Positions 23,434-38,381 of a DNA stretch of 64,000 bases are shown here, in pieces; positions within the stretch are counted from its first letter, which is position 1, and every line of letters begins with the position of its first letter. The DNA is taken from NCBI RefSeq assembly GCF_008831285.2, contig NC_045138.2, positions 13,020,001 through 13,084,000 of the forward strand, given 5' to 3'. The DNA is from Nymphaea colorata. Its lineage: Eukaryota. The notes beneath the pieces are model-generated. The model saw only the letters and a program-made list of their open reading frames with translations, did not search any database and was not told where the DNA came from. The translations under genes were made by a program, and so were the position numbers.

Positions 23434-23627
23434 AAGTATGTCACTTACTTTATAGAAACAAGGGATTAGGTAGGAGCATTCATCTATGTATGATGAATAT
23501 TATCTTGCTCAACTAGTAATCCCTTTTGAGACACGTTTTTCAGCACCCATTTCTCCCAAAGTAAAATAAATAATAACACAAGACAACATCTAATTGTCGT
23601 TTTAACAAATAAATGCTGGAGACATGG

Positions 23628-23737
23628 TTGGTTTCTATTTATATGACATATATAGATATACGTTCTGGTCACATGCCAAGCTTGGTTTCTATATATATGA
23701 CATATATAGATATACGTTCTGGTCACATTCCAAGCTT
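23628..23737. repeat. 54-bp tandem duplication
   Basis: GGTTTCTAT(T/A)TATATGACATATATAGATATACGTTCTGGTCACAT(G/T)CCAAGCTT x2. Confidence 0.9.
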
Positions 23738-26392
23738 CACTTTCACAAGAAGGATAATAAAGCCTAACTTGCCCACTATTTCCTGCAACTACATAACAAA
23801 ACTATTCGATTAAACCAAAGTTTTCTTACAATAACCCCAATTATTTTACATAAATTAGCAAAATTATGATAAATTGACAAATTTAACGGTCACCAATACA
23901 AGTAAAACCATGACAGTGCAGATCTTACGAAGATTTTGAGGGGGTGAACATTTTACCCATGTAGCGACGTAATGGATTGAATACGATATACTATTAACCA
24001 TATATGTTTTTTCTTGGCTTTGCATCGACGGTTTCACCACCCACTGGTGAACCGGAGGGAGTGGCGTGCGCGTCGGGGTCCCGCCAGATGTAGAGGGTTT
24101 AAAGTGGATTTGCGATGGGGCCAGCTCCTTCCGTATTAGGTAGCCGGAAAGCATCCCAAAGAGCGTGCTCCATCCTCTCCTTCCCGTTTTCTTCTTGATT
24201 TATGGCGGTTTCTCGTTCTTGATATTATGGCGCCTAAAAGGGAAAAGCCGTCTGCGTCGTCGATTACAGAAAGAAATGTCACCCACGCAGCAGCGCAAAG
24301 CAGGGCAATGCTTCTACGTCCGGCGATGAGAAGATGGTGTGGCGGCGTTTCATCGGTGTGGGCGGAAAAGGACTGTCCGCTATCTCGGTTCTCACTCATG
24401 GCAGGCAAGATACACTCACTCCCTGCTCTTGTTTGCTGGGCTTGATACATCTCTATCTCTCTCACTTTTGAGGGCGTCCGTTCCCGTCCTCCTTTGGCCG
24501 GCAGCCATCGCCGGTGTGTGATGGTTGTTCGAAGCCCTCTCCACCCTTCAATTGTCTTTGTTTGTTGTTTCCTATTGGGGTTTCTCTATAGTCCGTGGGG
24601 TTTATCATTTCAGGCTGGGGTCTTTCATTTAGGCACTGGGCTGGGGTTTTCTTTGAGGTTTTGGTTGGGTTCTTCCGTTGAGGTTGTTGCTGGTTTTTAA
24701 CATTTGGTTCGCCATTGGGTCGGATGCTTTGGTCACCACTTGGGTCGCCGCTTTCGCTTTTGGTTAGTCCACCGCTTGGGTCCCTGCTGGTTCTGTTGTG
24801 GGTCACCGCTTAGGTCGTTGCTGTCGTTCTTACTGGGTCTACCGCCTTCCGTCGTCCCTTAGGTTGCTGTTGGGTCTGCCACTTGTGTCACTCTTGACAT
24901 CTATCGCTTGAATCTATCGCTTGGGCATGCCGTTTTGTTGATCTTGCTGCTGAGTCGCGACAACCGCTTCAGATTGCTGCTAGATCGCCATTATCGTCTT
25001 TGGGTTTGTTGCTGGGCCGTCACTGTCGAGATGACTGCTGGGTGCTATGATTATTGTTGTGCATTCATCGCATCTAGCGTGCGGCTATTCAAATTCCAAC
25101 CAGCCCGTCCACAGAGATTGGGTGTTTTGTCAGGTATTGCTGTTGGGTCTCTTCTGGTAATGATTTGGCTGCTGGGTTCTTCCTGTTTCCTTCTTGAATG
25201 ACAATGCTTTTTATCTATGTGTTTGCAATATCAGCTTTGAACATTAAATTTCTCATGGATGGGGAAGGTGGGCGTTCAAGCTGTTGGGCATTCTGCAACA
25301 TGCCTGATACTCACGATTTACTGCCTCATTTCTGTTTGGTTTGTTGGTGGTCTCACTGCATAATAGTGCCAACCAGGTCAGCGTGTTTTTATCCTAAAGT
25401 GCTACGTTCTATCTTCTGCATGTAGTTTCTTTTCTATACGATTATATGCTATATTTCTATTTTTTGTTTGAATCTAGTCTGGGCATATTGTTTTTTCGTT
25501 TAGAATACTTGATGCATTTGACTTCAGCTTATAGTCACAATGTAATATGTTGCTTCCTGTGTTACTCTGGGCATAGATGTAGGTCTCTCTTACTGTTGGA
25601 CACGTACATCTCATGTTTAGTAAGTCTTGAATAAAGTGGATATTTGGGTGGAGAAGTTATGCAGAAAATTAGTAAAACTTGTTTCATATAAAGGTGAAAA
25701 GAAGCTGATGAAATTTGCATGGTGTTCAAACTACATGCGGTAAAACATATTTGGAAATTGAGTCACAAAAGGGAGGTTAAGCCATTTTGTGAAACTAAGT
25801 TGCTAAAGCCGATGGAATATTATTTTATCTTGGAATATCCCTGACGGTTCAAATAAAACCATGAAGGGATTGCCCTCAAACACCTGCAGTGGTTGCACTG
25901 ACACTCTGACAGTACATCTTGCATGTGCAGTTTGTGTTTTTCTCTGTAAGCTAATGGATACAAATTGGTTAATTCATATCCTTCAAGGCTTTTAGACTCA
26001 TTCTTAGAAATTTTTAATGTATATTCAACTTCTGTTCAGAATTGTGCATTTTTTATTCTTATTGACACCCGTTGCATTAATATATTGGAGGAATGGTATG
26101 TTGTCATTGTTGTTTATGGTACTGACTTTATAATGAGATATTGTCAACATGGACAAAAGAAGTGTTGGCTTATCATTTATCAGCTAAAATTAATGCTTAT
26201 GATACTGGTTATCTTTCCTGAGTAAAAGGAATAATCATCTATTCAATTCTTATATTGTCAATTTTTTTCATAATCACTCATGACCTAAGGTTTTCAAGAC
26301 TTGGGTTCCCAATTTCTTGGTAGTTTGGTTTTTCTGAAGGCCATATGCATGCTCTCTCTATAGCTACTTGGTATCTCTAATATTAGAGCTTG

Positions 26393-26559
26393 ATTTTTGA
26401 TATTTAGTTATAGAATTTAATTTGTCGTTGCATGAGGAAGACTGTGTGAAGCATGGCCACTTTTATGGTTTTCTGAATTTTTGATATTTAGTTACAGAAT
26501 TTAATTTGTCGTTGCATGAGGAAGATTGTGTGAAGCCTGGCCTCTTTTATGGTTTTCTG
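26393..26559. repeat. 84-bp tandem duplication
   Basis: ATTTTTGATATTTAGTTA(T/C)AGAATTTAATTTGTCGTTGCATGAGGAAGA...GGTTTTCTG x2. Confidence 0.9.
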
Positions 26560-26594
26560 TTTTTCATTCAACTGGAAAATGTAATTAGATGTTG

Positions 26595-29500
26595 TTTTAA
26601 ACATGGTCTAGACAGGGGTTAATATTTTAAAATTCACATCCACATTAAAAATATACATTCGACATCTTAGACCGGATAAGGTGAGATCTATGGTTCAGCT
26701 GGTTGTTCAAAATCTTGAGTCCAACATCCCAGACCGGATCAGGTGAGACCTCTGATCTTGACCGTTTTTTCAAAATCCCAAATCCAACATCCCAAACCGG
26801 ATTGGATGAGACCTCTAATCCGTATCATATATATATTCAAAATCTTGAATCCAACATCCCAGACCAGATCAGGTGAGACCTCTGATCTTGACCATTGGTC
26901 GAAATCCCAAATCCAACATCCCAAACCGGATTGGATGAGACCTCTAATCCGTATCACATATATAAGTTTAAAATCCAACGTCCTAGACCATTTAAAATCA
27001 GACTTGTATTTTAAATCTTAGGATGGAATCCCAAATTCCATTGGCAAGCCGGACTAGATCGGACCTCTCATCTATCTCTTATATCAAAATTTCAAATCCC
27101 GTCTCATATATTTGATCACATGAAACGATGGGTGGCTTTTTGATTTCCTGTAAATTCTTTTCACATCCCTTAGGAGTTTTTGAAATCACTTGAAGAATAT
27201 TACTTTGTCTATATAGATCTTCAAATCTTCTCAATTCCTTGTATTTGATTTAAAATATTTCCTAAATGCTTGTCAAATTCTCAAAGTTTTTCAATGCACT
27301 TTTCCATTTTGATGTTTGTTGGTTATAGTGGATTGAATGAATTTTTAAAATGATTTTAAGCGTGGTGTAAAGTAGAGGTTCGAGTTTTAAAGTTCAAAAT
27401 CCAATCCATTATTTGAGACTGTAGAAAACTAGACCTCCAATCAGAAGCTTTGGTCTAAATCCTACATGCAACATGCTAGACCGGATCAGTGCTGACCTCT
27501 GATTCAAACATTAGCTCCGAATCCCTAATTCAACACCTCATACAGATCAGATTAGACCTCTGATCTATTTCTTAGATGCAAACCCTAAATCAAACGTCAT
27601 AGAACCGATACAAATGGTTTATGAATCTTTGAAATCGTTTCCTGTTTTATAAATCTTTGAAACCACTCTCTAAGTTTTCCAAAATTTTGTAAATTGACAT
27701 CAAATTCTTATTATTGATTTTCTTGGAATTTTCTCAATTTCACCAGAGATCTTCAATTTTTTTTGGATTTGATTTCGCACTTCTCTTAAATCATTGCTAA
27801 ATTCTCAAGTTTGTAAATGCACCTTTCAACTTTTAGGTTTCTAAATTCCATTGGATCGTATGTATACTCAAAGCGATTTTAAACATGGTCTAGACTGGGT
27901 TAATATTTTAAAATTCACATCCACATTAAAATATACATTCGACATCTTAGACCGGATAAGGTGAGATCTATGTTCCAGCTGGTTGTTCAAAATCTTGAGT
28001 CCAACATCCCAGACCGGATCAGGTGAGACCTCTGATCTTGACCGTTTTTTCGAAATCCCAAATCCAACATCCCAAACCGGATTGGATGAGACCTCTAATC
28101 CGTATCATATATATATTCAAAATCTTGAATCCAACATCCCAGACCAGATCAGGTGAGACCTCTGATCTTGACCATTGGTCGAAAACCCAAATCCAACATC
28201 CCAACCGGATTGGATGAGACCTCTAATCCGTATCACATATATAAGTTTAAAATCCAACGTCCTAGACAATTTAAAATCAGACTTGTATTTTAAATCTTAG
28301 GATGGAATCCCAAATTCCATTTGGCAAGCCGGACTAGATCGGACTCTCATCTATCTCTTATATCAAAATTTCAAATCCCGTCTCATATATTTGATCACAT
28401 GAAACGGATGGGTGGCTTTTTGATTTCCTGTAAATTCTTTTCACATCCCTTAGGAGTTTTTGAAATCACTTGAAGAATATTACTTTGTCTATATAGATCT
28501 TCGAATCTTCTCAATTCCTTGTCTTTGATTTAAAATATTTCCTAAATGCTTGTCAAATTCTCAAAGTTTTTCAATGCACTTTTCCATTTTGATGTTTGTT
28601 GGTTATAGTGGATTGAATGAATTTTTAAAATGATTTTAAGCGTGGTGTAAAGTAGAGGTTCGAGTTTTAAAGTTCAAAATCCAATCCAGCATTTGAGACT
28701 GTAGAAACTAGACCTCCAATCAGAAGCTTTGGTCTAAATCCTGCATGCAACATGTAGACCGGATCAGTGCTGACCTCTGATTCAAACATTAGCTCCGAAT
28801 CCCTAATTCAACACCTCTACCAGATCAGATTAGACCTCTGATCTATTTATTAGATGCAAACCCTAAATCAAACGTCATAGAACCGATACAAATGGTTTAT
28901 GAATCTTTGAAATCGTTTCCTATTTTATAAATCTTTGAAACCACTCTCTAAGTTTTCCAAAATTTTGTAAATTGACTTCAAATTCTTATTATTGATTTTC
29001 TTGGAATTTTCTCAATTTCACCAGAGATCTTCAATTTTTTTGGATTTGATTTCGCACTTCTCTTAAATCATTGCTAAATTCTCAAGTTTGTAAATGCACC
29101 TTTCAACTTTTAAGTTTCTAAATTCCATTGGATCGTATGTATACTCAAAGCGATTTTAAACATGGTCTAGACTTGGGTTAATATTTGAAAATTCACATCC
29201 ACATTCAAAATATACATTCGACATCCGAGACCGGATAAGGTGAGATCTATGTTCCAGCTGGTTGTTCAAAATCTTGAGTCCAACATCCCAGACCGGATCA
29301 GGTGAGACCTCTGATCTTGACCGTTTTTTCGAAATCCCAAATCCAACATCCCAAACCGGATTGGATGAGACCTCTAATCCGTATCATATATATATTCAAA
29401 ATCTTGAATCCAACATCCCAGACCAGATCAGGTGAGACCTCTGATCTTGACCATTGGTCGAAATCCCAAATCCAACATCCCAAACCGGATTGGATGAGAC

Positions 29501-32500
29501 CTCTAATCCGTATCACATATATAAGTTTAAAATCCAACGTCCTAGACCATTTAAAATCAGACTTGTATTTTAAATCTTAGGATGGAATCCCAAATTCCAT
29601 TTGGCAAGCCTGACTAGATCGGACCTCTCATCTATCTCTTATATCAAAATTTCAAATCCCGTCTCATATATTTGGTCACATGAAACGGATGGGTGGCTTT
29701 TTGATTTCCTGTAAATTCTTTTCACATCCCTTAGGAGTTTTTGAAATCACTTGAAGAATATTACTTTGTCTATATAGATCATCGAATCTTCTCAATTCCT
29801 TGTATTTGATTTAAAATATTTCCTAAATGCTTGTCAAATTCTCAAAGTTTTTCAATGCACTTTTCCATTTTGATGTTTGTTGGTTATAGTGGATTGAATG
29901 AATTTTTAAAATGATTTTAAGCGTGGTGTAAAGTGGAGGTTCGAGTTTTAAAGTTCAAAATCCAATCAACTAGACCTCCAATCAGAAGCTTTGGTCTAAA
30001 TCCTACATGCAACATCCTAGACCGGATCAGTGCTGACCTCTGATCCAAACATTAGCTCCGAATCCCTAATTCAACACCTCATAGCAGATCAGATTAGACC
30101 TCTGATCTATTTTTTAGATGCAAACCCTAAATCAAACGTCATAGAACCGATACAAATGGTTTATGAATCTTTGAAATCGTTTCCTGTTTTATAAATCTTT
30201 GAAACCACTCTCTAAGTTTTCCAAAATTTTGTAAATTGACATCAAATTCTTATTATTGATTTTCTTGGAATTTTCTCAATTTCACCAGAGATCTTCAATT
30301 TTTTTGGATTTGATTTCGCACTTCTCTTAAATCATTGCTAAATTCTCAAGTTTGTAAATGCACCTCTCAACTTTTAGGTTTCTAAATTCCTTTGGATCGT
30401 ATGTATACTCAAACGATTTTAAACATGGTCTAGACTTGGGTTAATATTTGAAAATTCACATCCACATTCAAAATATACATTCGACATCCTAGACCGGATA
30501 AGGTGAGATCTATGTTCCAGCTGGTTGTTCAAAATCTTGAGTCCAACATCCCAGACCGGATCAGGTGAGACCTCTGATCTTGACCGTTTTTTCGAAATCC
30601 CAAATCCAACATCCCAAACCGGATTGGATGAGACCTCTAATCCGTATCATATATATATTCAAAATCTTGAATCCAACATCCCAGACCAGATCAGGTGAGA
30701 CCTCTGATCTTGACCATTGGTCGAAATCCCAAATCCAACATCCCAAACCGGATTGGATGAGACCTCTAATCCGTATCACATATATAAGTTTAAAATCCAA
30801 CGTCCTAGACCATTTAAAATCAGACTTGTATTTTAAATCTTAGGATGGAATCCCAAATTCCATTTGGCAAGCCGACTAGATCGGACCTCTCATCTATCTC
30901 TTATATCAAAATTTCAATCCGTCTCATATATTGGTCACATGAAACGGATGGGTGGCTTTTTGATTTCCTGTAAATTCTTTTCACATCCCTTAGGAGTTTT
31001 TGAAATCACTTGAAGAATATTACTTTGTCTATATAGATCATCGAATCTTCTCAATTCCTTGTATTTGATTTAAAATATTTCCTAAATGCTTGTCAAATTC
31101 TCAAGTTTTTCAATGCACTTTTCCATTTTGATGTTTGTTGGTTATAGTGGATTGAATGAATTTTTAAAATGATTTTAAGCGTGGTGTAAAGTAGAGGTTC
31201 GAGTTTTAAAGTTCAAAATCCAATCCAGCATTTGAGACTGTAGAAACTAGACCTCCAATCAGAAGCTTTGGTCTAAATCCTGCATGCAACATCTAGACCG
31301 GATCAGTGCTGACCTCTGATCCAAACATTAGCTCCGAATCCCTAATTCAACACCTCATAGCAGATCAGATTAGACCTCTGATCTATTTTTTAGATGCAAA
31401 CCCTAAATCAAACGTCATAGAACCGATACAAATGGTTTATGAATCTTTGAAATCGTTTCCTGTTTTATAAATCTTTGAAACCACTCTCTAAGTTTTCCAA
31501 AATTTTGTAAATTGACATCAAATTCTTATTATTGATTTTCTTGGAATTTTCTCAATTTCACCAGAGATCTTCAATTTTTTTGGATTTGATTTCGCACTTC
31601 CCTTAAATCATTGCTAAATTCTCAAGTTTGTAAATGCACCTCTCAACTTTTAGGTTTCTAAATTCCTTGGATCGTATGTATACTCAAAACGATTTTAAAC
31701 ATGGTCTAGACTTGGGTTAATATTTGAAAATTCACATCCACATTCAAAATATACATTCGACATCCTAGACCGGATAAGGTGAGATCTATGTTCCAGCTGG
31801 TTGTTCAAAATCTTGAGTCCAACATCCCAGACCGGATAGGTGAGACCTCTGATCTTGACCGTTTTTTCGAAATCCCAAATCCAACATCCCAAACCGGATT
31901 GGATGAGACCTCTAATCCGTATCATATATATATTCAAAATCTTGAATCCAACATCCCAGACCAGATCAGGTGAGACCTCTGATCTTGACCATTGGTCGAA
32001 ATCCCAAATCCAACATCCCAAACCGGATTGGATGAGACCTCTAATCCGTATCACATATATAAGTTTAAAATCCAACGTCCTAGACCATTTAAATCAGACT
32101 TCTATTTTAAATCTTAGGATGTATCCCAAATTCCATTTGGCAAGCCGGACTAGATCGGACCTCTCATCTATCTCTTATATCAAAATTTCAATCCGTCTCA
32201 TATATTTGGTCACATGAAACGGATGGGTGGCTTTTTGATTTCCTGTAAATTCTTTTCACATCCCTTAGGAGTTTTTGAAATCACTTGAAGAATATTACTT
32301 TGTCTATATAGATCATCGAATCTTCTCAATTCCTTGTATTTGATTTAAAATATTTCCTAAATGCTTGTCAAATTCTCAAAGTTTTTCAATGCACTTTTCC
32401 ATTTTGATGTTTGTTGGTTATAGTGGATTGAATGAATTTTTAAAATGATTTTAAGCGTGGTGTAAAGTAGAGGTTCGAGTTTTAAAGTTCAAAATCCAAT

Positions 32501-35500
32501 CAACTAGACCTCCAATCAGAAGCTTTGGTCTAAATCCTGCATGCAACATGCTAGACCGGATCAGTGCTGACCTCTGATTCAAACATTAGCTCCGAATCCC
32601 TAATTCAACACCTCATACCAGATCAGATTAGACCTCTGATCTATTTCTTAGATGCAAACCCTAAATCAAACGTCATAGAACCGATACAAATGGTTTATGA
32701 ATCTTTGAAATCGTTTCCTGTTTTATAATCTTTGAAACCACTCTCTAAGTTTTCCAAAATTTTGTAAATTGACTTCAAATTCTTATTATTGATTTTCTTG
32801 GAATTTTCTCAATTTCACCAGAGATCTTCAATTTTTTTGGATTTGATTTCGCACTTCTCTTAAATCATTGCTAAATTCTCAAGTTTGTAAATGCACCTTT
32901 CAACTTTTAGGTTTCTAAATTCCTTGGATGTATGTATACTCAAACGATTTTAAACATGGTCTAGACTGGGTTAATATTTAAAATTCACATCCACATTAAA
33001 ATATACATTCGACATCTAGACGGATAAGGTGAGATCTATGTTCCAGCTGGTTGTTCAAAATCTTGAGTCCAACATCCCAGACCGGATCAGGTGAGACCTC
33101 TGATCTTGACCGTTTTTTCGAAATCCCAAATCCAACATCCCAAACCGGATTGGATGAGACCTCTAATCCGTATCATATATATATTCAAAATCTTGAATCC
33201 AACATCCCAGACCAGATCAGGTGAGACCTCTGATCTTGACCATTGGTCGAAATCCCAAATCCAACATCCCAAACCGGATTGGATGAGACCTCTAATCCGT
33301 ATCACATATATAAGTTTAAAATCCAACGTCCTAGACCATTTAAATCAGACTTCTATTTTAAATCTTAGGATGTATCCCAAATTCCATTTGGCAAGCCGGA
33401 CTAGATCGGACCTCTCATCTATCTCTTATATCAAAATTTCAATCCGTCTCATATATTGGTCACATGAAACGGATGGGTGGCTTTTTGATTTCCTGTAAAT
33501 TCTTTTCACATCCCTTAGGAGTTTTTGAAATCACTTGAAGAATATTACTTTGTCTATATAGATCATCGAATCTTCTCAATTCCTTGTATTTGATTTAAAA
33601 TATTTCCTAAATGCTTGTCAAATTCTCAAAGTTTTTCAATGCACTTTTCCATTTTGATGTTTGTTGGTTATAGTGGATTGAATGAATTTTTAAAATGATT
33701 TTAAGCGTGGTGTAAAGTGGAGGTTCGAGTTTTAAAGTTCAAAATCCAATCAACTAGACCTCCAATCAGAAGCTTTGGTCTAAATCCTGCATGCAACATC
33801 TAGACCGGATCAGTGCTGACCTCTGATTCAAACATTAGCTCCGAATCCCTAATTCAACACCTCATACCAGATCAGATTAGACCTCTGATCTATTTCTTAG
33901 ATGCAAACCCTAAATCAAACGTCATAGAACCGATACAAATGGTTTATGAATCTTTGAAATCGTTTCCTGTTTTATAAATCTTTGAAACCACTCTCTAAGT
34001 TTTCCAAAATTTTGTAAATTGACTTCAAATTCTTATTATTGATTTTCTTGGAATTTTCTCAATTTCACCAGAGATCTTCAATTTTTTTGGATTTGATTTC
34101 GCACTTCTCTTAAATCATTGCTAAATTCTCAAGTTTGTAAATGCACCTTTCAACTTTTAGGTTTCTAAATTCCTTTGGATCGTATGTATACTCAAACGAT
34201 TTTAAACATGGTCTAGACTTGGGTTAATATTTGAAAATTCACATCCACATTCAAAATATACATTCGACATCCTAGACGGATAAGGTGAGATCTATGTTCC
34301 AGCTGGTTGTTCAAAATCTTGAGTCCAACATCCCAGACCGGATTAGGTGAGACCTCTGATCTTGACCGTTTTTTCGAAATCCCAAATCCAACATCCCAAA
34401 CCGGATTGGATGAGACCTCTAATCCGTATCATATATATATTCAAAATCTTGAATCCAACATCCCAGACCAGATCAGGTGAGACCTCTGATCTTGACCATT
34501 GGTCGAAATCCCAAATCCAACATCCCAAACCGGATTGGATGAGACCTCTAATCCGTATCACATATATAAGTTTAAAATCCAACGTCCTAGACCATTTAAA
34601 ATCAGACTTGTATTTTAAATCTTAGGATGGATCCCAAATTCCATTTGGCAAGCCGGACTAGATCGGACCTCTCATCTATCTCTTATATCAAAATTTCACA
34701 TCACGTCTCATATATTCGGTCACATGAAACGGATGGGTGGCTTTTTGATTTCCTGTAAATTCTTTTCACATCCCTTAGGAGTTTTTGAAATCACTTGAAG
34801 AATATTACTTTGTCTATATAGATCATCAATCTTCTCAATTCCTTGTATTTGATTTAAAATATTTCCTAAATGCTTGTCAAATTCTCAAGTTTTTCAATGC
34901 ACTTTTCCATTTTGATGTTTGTTGGTTATAGTGGATTGAATGAATTTTTAAAATGATTTTAAGCGTGGTGTAAAGTAGAGGTTCGAGTTTTAAAGTTCAA
35001 AATCCAATCAACTAGACCTCCAATCAGAAGCTTTGGTCTAAATCCTGCATGCAACATGCTAGACCGGATCAGTGCTGACCTCTGATTCAAACATTAGCTC
35101 TGAATCCCTAATTCAACACCTCATACCAGATCAGATTAGACCTCTGATCTATTTCTTAGATGCAAACCCTAAATCAAACGTCATAGAACCGATACAAATG
35201 GTTTATGAATCTTTGAAATCGTTTCCTTTTTATAAATCTTTGAAACCACTCTCTAAGTTTTCCAAAATTTTGTAAATTGACTTCAAATTCTTATTATTGA
35301 TTTTCTTGGAATTTTCTCAATTTCACCAGAGATCTTCAATTTTTTTGGATTTGATTTCGCACTTCTCTTAAATCATTGCTAAATTCTCAAGTTTGTAAAT
35401 GCACCTTTCAACTTTTAGGTTTCTAAATTCCTTGGATCGTATGTATACTCAAACGATTTTAAACATGGTCTAGACTTGGGTTAATATTTGAAAATTCACA

Positions 35501-38381
35501 TCCACATTCAAAATATACATTCGACATCCTAGACCGGATAAGGTGAGATCTATGTTCAGCTGGTTGTTCAAAATCTTGAGTCCAACATCCCAGACCGGAT
35601 TAGGTGAGACCTCTGATCTTGACCGTTTTTTCGAAATCCCAAATCCAACATCCCAAACCGGATTGGATGAGACCTCTAATCCGTATCATATATATATTCA
35701 AAATATTGAATCCAACATCCCAGACCAGATCAGGTGAGACCTCTGATCTTGACCATTGGTCGAAATCCCAAATCCAACATCCCAAACCGGATTGGATGAG
35801 ACCTCTAATCCGTATCACATATATAAGTTTAAAATCCAACGTCCTAGACCATTTAAACAGACTTGTATTTAAATCTTAGGATGGAATCCCAAATTCCATT
35901 TGGCAAGCGGACTAGATCGGATTCTCATCTATCTCTTATATCAAAATTTCACATCACGTCTCATATATTCGGTCACATGAAACGGATGGGTGGCTTTTTG
36001 ATTTCCTGTAAATTCTTTTCACATCCCTTAGGAGTTTTTGAAATCACTTGAAGAATATTACTTTGTCTATATAGATCATCGAATCTTCTCAATTCCTTGT
36101 ATTTGATTTAAAATATTTCCTAAATGCTTGTCAAATTCTCAAAGTTTTTCAATGCACTTTTCCATTTTGATGTTTGTTGGTTATAGTGGATTGAATGAAT
36201 TTTTAAAATGATTTTAAGCGTGGTGTAAAGTGGAGGTTCGAGTTTTAAAGTTCAAAATCCAATCAACTAGACCTCCAATCAGAAGCTTTGTTCTAAATCC
36301 TGCATGCAACATGCTAGACCGGATCAGTGCTGACCTCTGATTCAAACATTAGCTCCGAATCCCTAATTCAACACCTCATACCAGATCAGATTAGACCTCT
36401 GATCTATTTCTTAGATGCAAACCCTAAATCAAACGTCATAGAACCGATACAAATGGTTTATGAATCTTTGAAATCGTTTCCTGTTTTATAAATCTTTGAA
36501 ACCACTCTCTAAGTTTTCCAAAATTTTGTAAATTGACTTCAAATTCTTATTATTGATTTTCTTGGAATTTTCTCAATTTCACCAGAGATCTTCAATTTTT
36601 TTGGATTTGATTTCGCACTTCTCTTAAATCATTGCTAAATTCTCAAGTTTGTAAATGCACCTTTCAACTTTTAGGTTTCTAAATTCCATTGGATTGTATG
36701 TATACTCAAAGCGATTTTAAACATGGTCTAGAGTGGGGTTAATATTTTAAAATTCACATCCACATTAAAAATATACATTCGACATCTTAGAGCGGATAAG
36801 GTGAGATCTATGTTCCAGCTGGTTGTTCAAAATCTTGAGTCCAACATCCCAGACCGGATCAGGTGAGACCTCTGATCTTGACCGTTTTTTCGAAATCTCA
36901 AATCCAACATCCCAAACCGGATTGGATGAGACCTCTAATCCGTATGATATATATATTCAAAATCTTGAATCCAACATCCCAGACCAGATCAGGTGAGACC
37001 TCTGATCTTGACCATTGGTCGAAATCCCAAATCCAACATCCCAAACCGGATTGGATGAGACCTCTAATCCGTATCACATATATAAGTTTAAAATCCAACG
37101 TCCTAGACCATTTAAAATCAGACTTGTATTTTAAATCTTAGGATGGAATCCCAAATTCCATTTGGCAAGCCGGACTAGATCGGACCTCTCATCTATCTCT
37201 TATATCAAAATTTCACATCACGTCTCATATATTCGGTCACATGAAACGGATGGGTGGCTTTTTGATTTCCTGTAAATTCTTTTCACATCCCTTAGGAGTT
37301 TTTGAAATCACTTGAAGAATATTACTTTGTCTATATAGATCATCAAATCTTCTCAATTCCTTGTATTTGATTTAAAATATTTCCTAAATGCTTGTCAAAT
37401 TCTCAAAGTTTTTCAATGCACTTTTCCATTTTGATGTTTGTTGGTTATAGTGGATTGAATGAATTTTTAAAATGATTTTAAGCGTGGTGTAAAGTGGAGG
37501 TTCGAGTTTTAAAGTTCAAAATCCAATCAACTAGACCTCCAATCAGAAGCTTTGTTCTAAATCCTGCATGCAACATGCTAGACCGGATCAGTGCTGACCT
37601 CTGATTCAAACATTAACTCCGAATCCCTAATTCAACACCTCATACCAGATCAGATTAGACCTCTGATCTATTTCTTAGATGCAAACCCTAAATCAAACGT
37701 CATAGAACCGATACAAATGGTTTATGAATCTTTGAAATCGTTTCCTGTTTTATAAATCTTTGAAACCACTCTCTAAGTTTTCCAAAATTTTGTAAATTGA
37801 CTTCAAATTCTTATTATTGATTTTCTTGGAATTTTCTCAATTTCACCAGAGATCTTCAATTTTTTTGGATTTGATTTCGCACTTCTCTTAAATCATTGCT
37901 AAATTCTCAAGTTTGTAAATGCACCTTTCAACTTTTAGGTTTCTAAATTCCATTGGATTGTATGTATACTCAAAGCGATTTTAAACATGGTCTAGACTGG
38001 GGTTAATATTTTAAAATTCACATCCACATTAAAAATATACATTCGACATCTTAGAGCGGATAAGGTGAGATCTATGTTCCAGCTGGTTGTTCAAAATCTT
38101 GAGTCCAACATCCCAGACCGGATCAGGTGAGACCTCTGATCTTGACGTTTTTTCGAAATCTCAAATCCAACATCCCAAACCGGATTGGATGAGACCTCTA
38201 ATCCGTATCATATATATATTCAAAATCTTGAATCCAACATCCCAGACCAGATCAGGTGAGACCTCTGATCTTGACCATTGGTCGAAATCCCAAATCCAAC
38301 ATCCCAAACCGGATTGGATGAGACCTCTAATCCGTATCACATATATAAGTTTAAAATCCAACTTAAAATCAGACTTCTATT
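26595..38381. repeat. Tandem array 2 of the same ~1.26-kb unit (9 full units + ~0.4-kb partial)
   Basis: Unit starts at ~26595, 27877, 29154, 30417, 31693, 32947, 34200, 35457, 36715 and 37980 (periods ~1253-1282). The right-hand junction (CAACTTAAAATCAGACTTCTATTCTATAGG) is the same as in array 1. Confidence 0.97.

Noticed and set aside
26595..38381. Array as tandem TRIM/Cassandra, 5S rDNA or Helitron concatemer
   Set aside because: No TG..CA LTR ends, PBS or PPT, no 5S rRNA sequence recognised, and no TC...CTRR boundaries or TSD at the array ends.
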